From NCBI GenBank assembly GCA_024704765.1, contig JAKMXF010000199.1, forward strand, positions 558,605 to 622,604: a DNA stretch of 64,000 bases, given 5' to 3'. Numbering within the stretch: the stretch's first letter is position 1; each line of letters starts with the position of its first letter. The position numbers were made by a program, and so were the translations under genes. The notes below the pieces were generated by a model. The model saw only the letters and a program-made list of their open reading frames with translations. It searched no databases and was not told where the DNA came from. Origin of the DNA: Oopsacas minuta. Its lineage: Eukaryota; Animalia; Porifera. Positions 60,500-64,000 of the stretch are shown here, one piece after another.

Positions 60500-63400
60500 T
60501 AAGGTTACGAAGGTTATAACCAGTTATAACTAGTTATAAATATAATCATCTGGTTATAACCGACTACATATCTAAATTAGATATAAATTATGTTAAGTCG
60601 GTTATAACCAGATAATTATATTAGAACTAGTTATAACTGCTTAGTACTAGTTACGTACAAAGTTATAGCCAGTTGTAACATATTGTAACTAGTTATAACC
60701 AGTCATATTAGATTTTTAGTAAAGTTTAAACTGGGTACAGTTGGTTATCCTTATCAACCTCACTGAATGTTAGTAAAATAATTATACACATGATGTATAC
60801 ACATATTGTAATTTGTAAATAAGAGATAAGAGAGTACTCTTACATAGCTATGTAGAGTGCTAATTAGTAGATAAGGGTTAATACAACAAGTAGTAATAGT
60901 CACTAGAATTATGGAAAGATACATTCCATAATTTAACTAAAAAAATATATGCTTTCTTCGAACGCCTACTCATCTTGTTCACAGGGAATTTCCTTTGGAT
61001 CACTAACATTTGGATAAATCCCGTTCCAAAACCCAGGCAAGTCTCCAAATTGCGCTTATGGTTGCGAAGAGTTCTGGCACATGGTAAAGGAAGCCAACAA
61101 ATATCGTTAATGTCACTCAGTAGCACAACATCATCCAAACTACTCACTTCAATTTCTTCTGATTCTTTTGATAGTAGATCAATTAAGTCTTCTTCATCTT
61201 CATGTTGAATCGATTTCGAAGCTAAAGAAATTGCTAGTTTCTCTGAGGACTGCGTATTCGCTGACTTTTCTCCCCAGATTTGTTCTGAGCCTGCCGGATT
61301 ATAAACTCAGACACAATTCTATCTGAAGACATGTTTGCACGAGTTGATGAGGATAACAGTTTAATTATTGAAAAGGCTGATTCGAGACGCGAGCTAGTAC
61401 CAGGAGCTAGGAAGCAACGTATTGCAACACAGGCTAGAGCAAAATATGAGCGAATGTCCTTATTAGGATGGCATTGACACCAATGTCTGACTTTATCCCA
61501 GTAAAAAGTATTGGTAATTCCTGGTATTTGTCGGAATGCGGGGTGCTGGTTATCATGCGAAAAACTTGAACACAATAGGTTTCCAGGACAACATACATCT
61601 GTTCTTCCATTTGTTCCTGTACGCTAATACCAATATATAGTAGAACAACTTTTCATGACTCCAGAATTTTTTTTCCCATTCTTTCAAGAAACCACTGCTA
61701 CAAGTGAGTAGAAATCCACGATATCTTGGTGAGAACAAGTATGCAACCTAGCAAATTGGCATAGTAGACAGAAATTCTTGCATACGAGTTTGTAAAACCT
61801 TCCTAATTGTTGAATAAACTGAAGGAATACCCTGAGCTCGAGCTTCATTTTCCATTTGTACGCACATTGACCAAAATACCACAACTGGTCTGCAGGGTTC
61901 ATGCTCCTCGCTTGTAGTAGAGACTGAGTAATAGACAACAGGTAATAGAATATAGACTCTAGTTGGCTTAAACCTGACCAGTAACCGAGGGACTGGCCAA
62001 CTTCGTTTATTATAGAAACAACATCAGCGGGAACTCCTAATTTCAATTCATCCCTCCGTCTGATTATACTCACTAAAGAGTCACGATGACCTTTGACACT
62101 CGTTAAGCAATAATATAGTGAGCTCCAACGAGTTTCGCAATATCTTTGTAAAACCAGTGCATCACTTGCAGCCTTAAGTTCTTGACTTGATCTTGTTGAG
62201 TATCTAGAGTAACTAACAATTCGAGTTGTAGAAAGTACTATGTGATGTACCCAATCTGATTTCTTGTATATTGTAGTCGGTACAAGGTTGCATAGGTGTG
62301 CTATACACCTACAGTTAAATAGTGCCCCAACTTCAGTGTCCTCACAAAGGAGTGTCAATGCACCCTGACAGATGCTTCACCATCAGCCACGATTCCTATT
62401 ATTTTTGGCACTTCAGTTGTTAAAGCTCTCTCATGTAAATCTGATTTCAGTTTCAATATAGCACTCTTAAGAAACGCATAAATCTCTGGAGCACCATGCT
62501 TCTGCTGCTTAAACGCTGTCTGATCATAAAGTAACAAAATTTGTTCTTCTGAATCCAACTTATGACCAGTAATTAATAAACAAAATAGCGAATTGCGAGC
62601 CATTGTTGTCCATCCATCGCATTCACATGTGATATAAGGACATTTTGCGATAGCAAATAGTAGACTTTCACGAGCTTCAGTGCTAAGCTGAGGAAGTGTA
62701 GTTTGTTCTAGAGTGGATGATGAAACATTTGGAGTAAACGACGATATCTTTCTTGCTAGTTTATTGAACCAAAAATTCTCTACGAATCGCGTAGATATAC
62801 CAATTGACACTCCAAAGTGAACAAGCAGCTTACGAATAGTAAGAACCTTGAGATCTCCAGGAACAGCAAAAGGATAAGAGCTTCGGTGCTTAGCCTTAGA
62901 TAGCTTACTAATATCGGAAATTCTTTGTGGGGAATAACACCTACGTCGTAAAGATGAGAGCTTCAGGTTTTCCGAGAACGGAGTACTGACTAAAAGAGGT
63001 GTCTCGATTTCTTTGGAATCACATTTGATTCCAAAGAACTTTTTTTCATGAACTGGAGACAAAGTAATAGCTGATGAGCAAACATCTGGAAGAGCTTCGC
63101 TATAGAATTGTGATTCTTCTGAATCTGTATGGGTACTGGAAGTAACCAAGTCTCTTTCGAGTAAACCATGTGCTAACTTTGATGTGCCTTTAGGTAGTTG
63201 TAGATTGCCGTTGATATACCATTCTTTCAATTCGTCAAATAATGTTTTATGTTCCGCGGAGAATGCTTCTAGTCTGGAGCAACTAGATGTACCTACCCCA
63301 AAGAAATGTCGATTCATAAGGTTCAGCTTGGACATCATCAGATCTGAGCTACAATAAAGACATTGAAGCCAATAGGAGTTACCGATTTTTGGTCCAACGG

Positions 63401-64000
63401 GTAATAAAAAAGAGTATAAAGGACTTGAAAAAGTTCGTGCTGGAGGCCATGTTATTCTGTTAACTGAAGCTTCTTCCCTCAGCAAATCATAGTTCACACG
63501 ACCATTGGCAATCTTAGAAAGGGGGCACGAATTTGGTTTCCACGTTCGGGGTTCCCGGTTCTGGGGAACGTTAGAATGAGGCATCCTTGTTAGAGACTTT
63601 GACAGGAGCTTTTTCTTCTTTAGTCCTCCAGCATCATGTGTTGTCATGTGAGTCCAGTAGTAAAACAGAAAAGGCTAAAATCAATTAAAATCTAACCAAA
63701 AAAGCTAATTTGATAGGCAGTCGAGCATTATCAGTCAGGTAAAATTGATTGGGAGGAAATAATGAAAAATCGAGTAGAAAGAGGTATAAATGTAATTGTA
63801 GTTAATGTTCAATTAGACTAGTATCAATGAACACAAACACAAACATGATGTAGAAATTAAGGTTGATCAATATAGCTATTGAGTGTGTGAACTTACGAGG
63901 GCCAATAAAAAGTAAATTACTAGTAGGTAATTATTTCGCAATAACATGGAATAAATACGATAGAATAAATGAAATTTTTCATAACTGGTTATAACTGGTT
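60500..64000 (-). mobile_element. Large hAT element (DUF659-like) with (G/A)GTTATAAC(C/T) subterminal arrays; right end runs off the window
   Basis: Palindrome arrays at ~60510-60720 and 63985-64000 flank the transposase fragments. Confidence 0.7.
61234..63647 (-). pseudogene. hAT transposase (BED-like finger, DUF659-like core, dimerisation domain), frameshifted
   Basis: WLQCLYC...RHF, CECDGWT, IVADGEAS, CRCIAHLCNL, RYCETRWSS and ACVAIRCFLAPGTSSRLESAFS, spread over four ORFs. Confidence 0.78.

Noticed and set aside
60510-60720. Repeated GGTTATAACC palindromes resembling a CRISPR or satellite array
   Set aside because: There is no constant repeat with unique spacers and no cas genes. The motif recurs at the other side of a hAT transposase, so it is a subterminal array.

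Overview
AT-rich eukaryotic (almost certainly animal) window dominated by nested cut-and-paste DNA transposons. It holds two host genes, both single-exon ORFs: an RBBP6/Mpe1 homolog (10875-13712, -) and mitochondrial DLST (50120-51487, +). The compact, intron-poor, DNA-transposon-rich style resembles the glass sponge Oopsacas, but that is an unverified guess. Recognisable lineages are Tc1 (DD34E, DD37E), maT-type DD37D, mariner, pogo/Tigger, three hAT types (ZMYM1/ZNF862-like, Buster, DUF659-like), MULE, Chapaev, Merlin/ISXO2 and a Helitron remnant. I recognised no LTR or LINE element, RNA gene or CRISPR array. Best observations: (1) a ~12.7-kb inversion (30941-43610) supported twice, by a mariner split into complementary halves and by a split Chapaev whose 4-bp TSD matches only after re-inversion; (2) a MULE element whose FLYWCH-DDE transposase is one frameshift away from a C-terminal IAP-like C3HC4 RING; (3) a full-length but pseudogenised Chapaev with ~416-bp TIRs and a RAG1-N-terminus-like zinc domain; (4) an apparently intact DD35D pogo. 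All calls come from reading motifs by eye; no database search was run.
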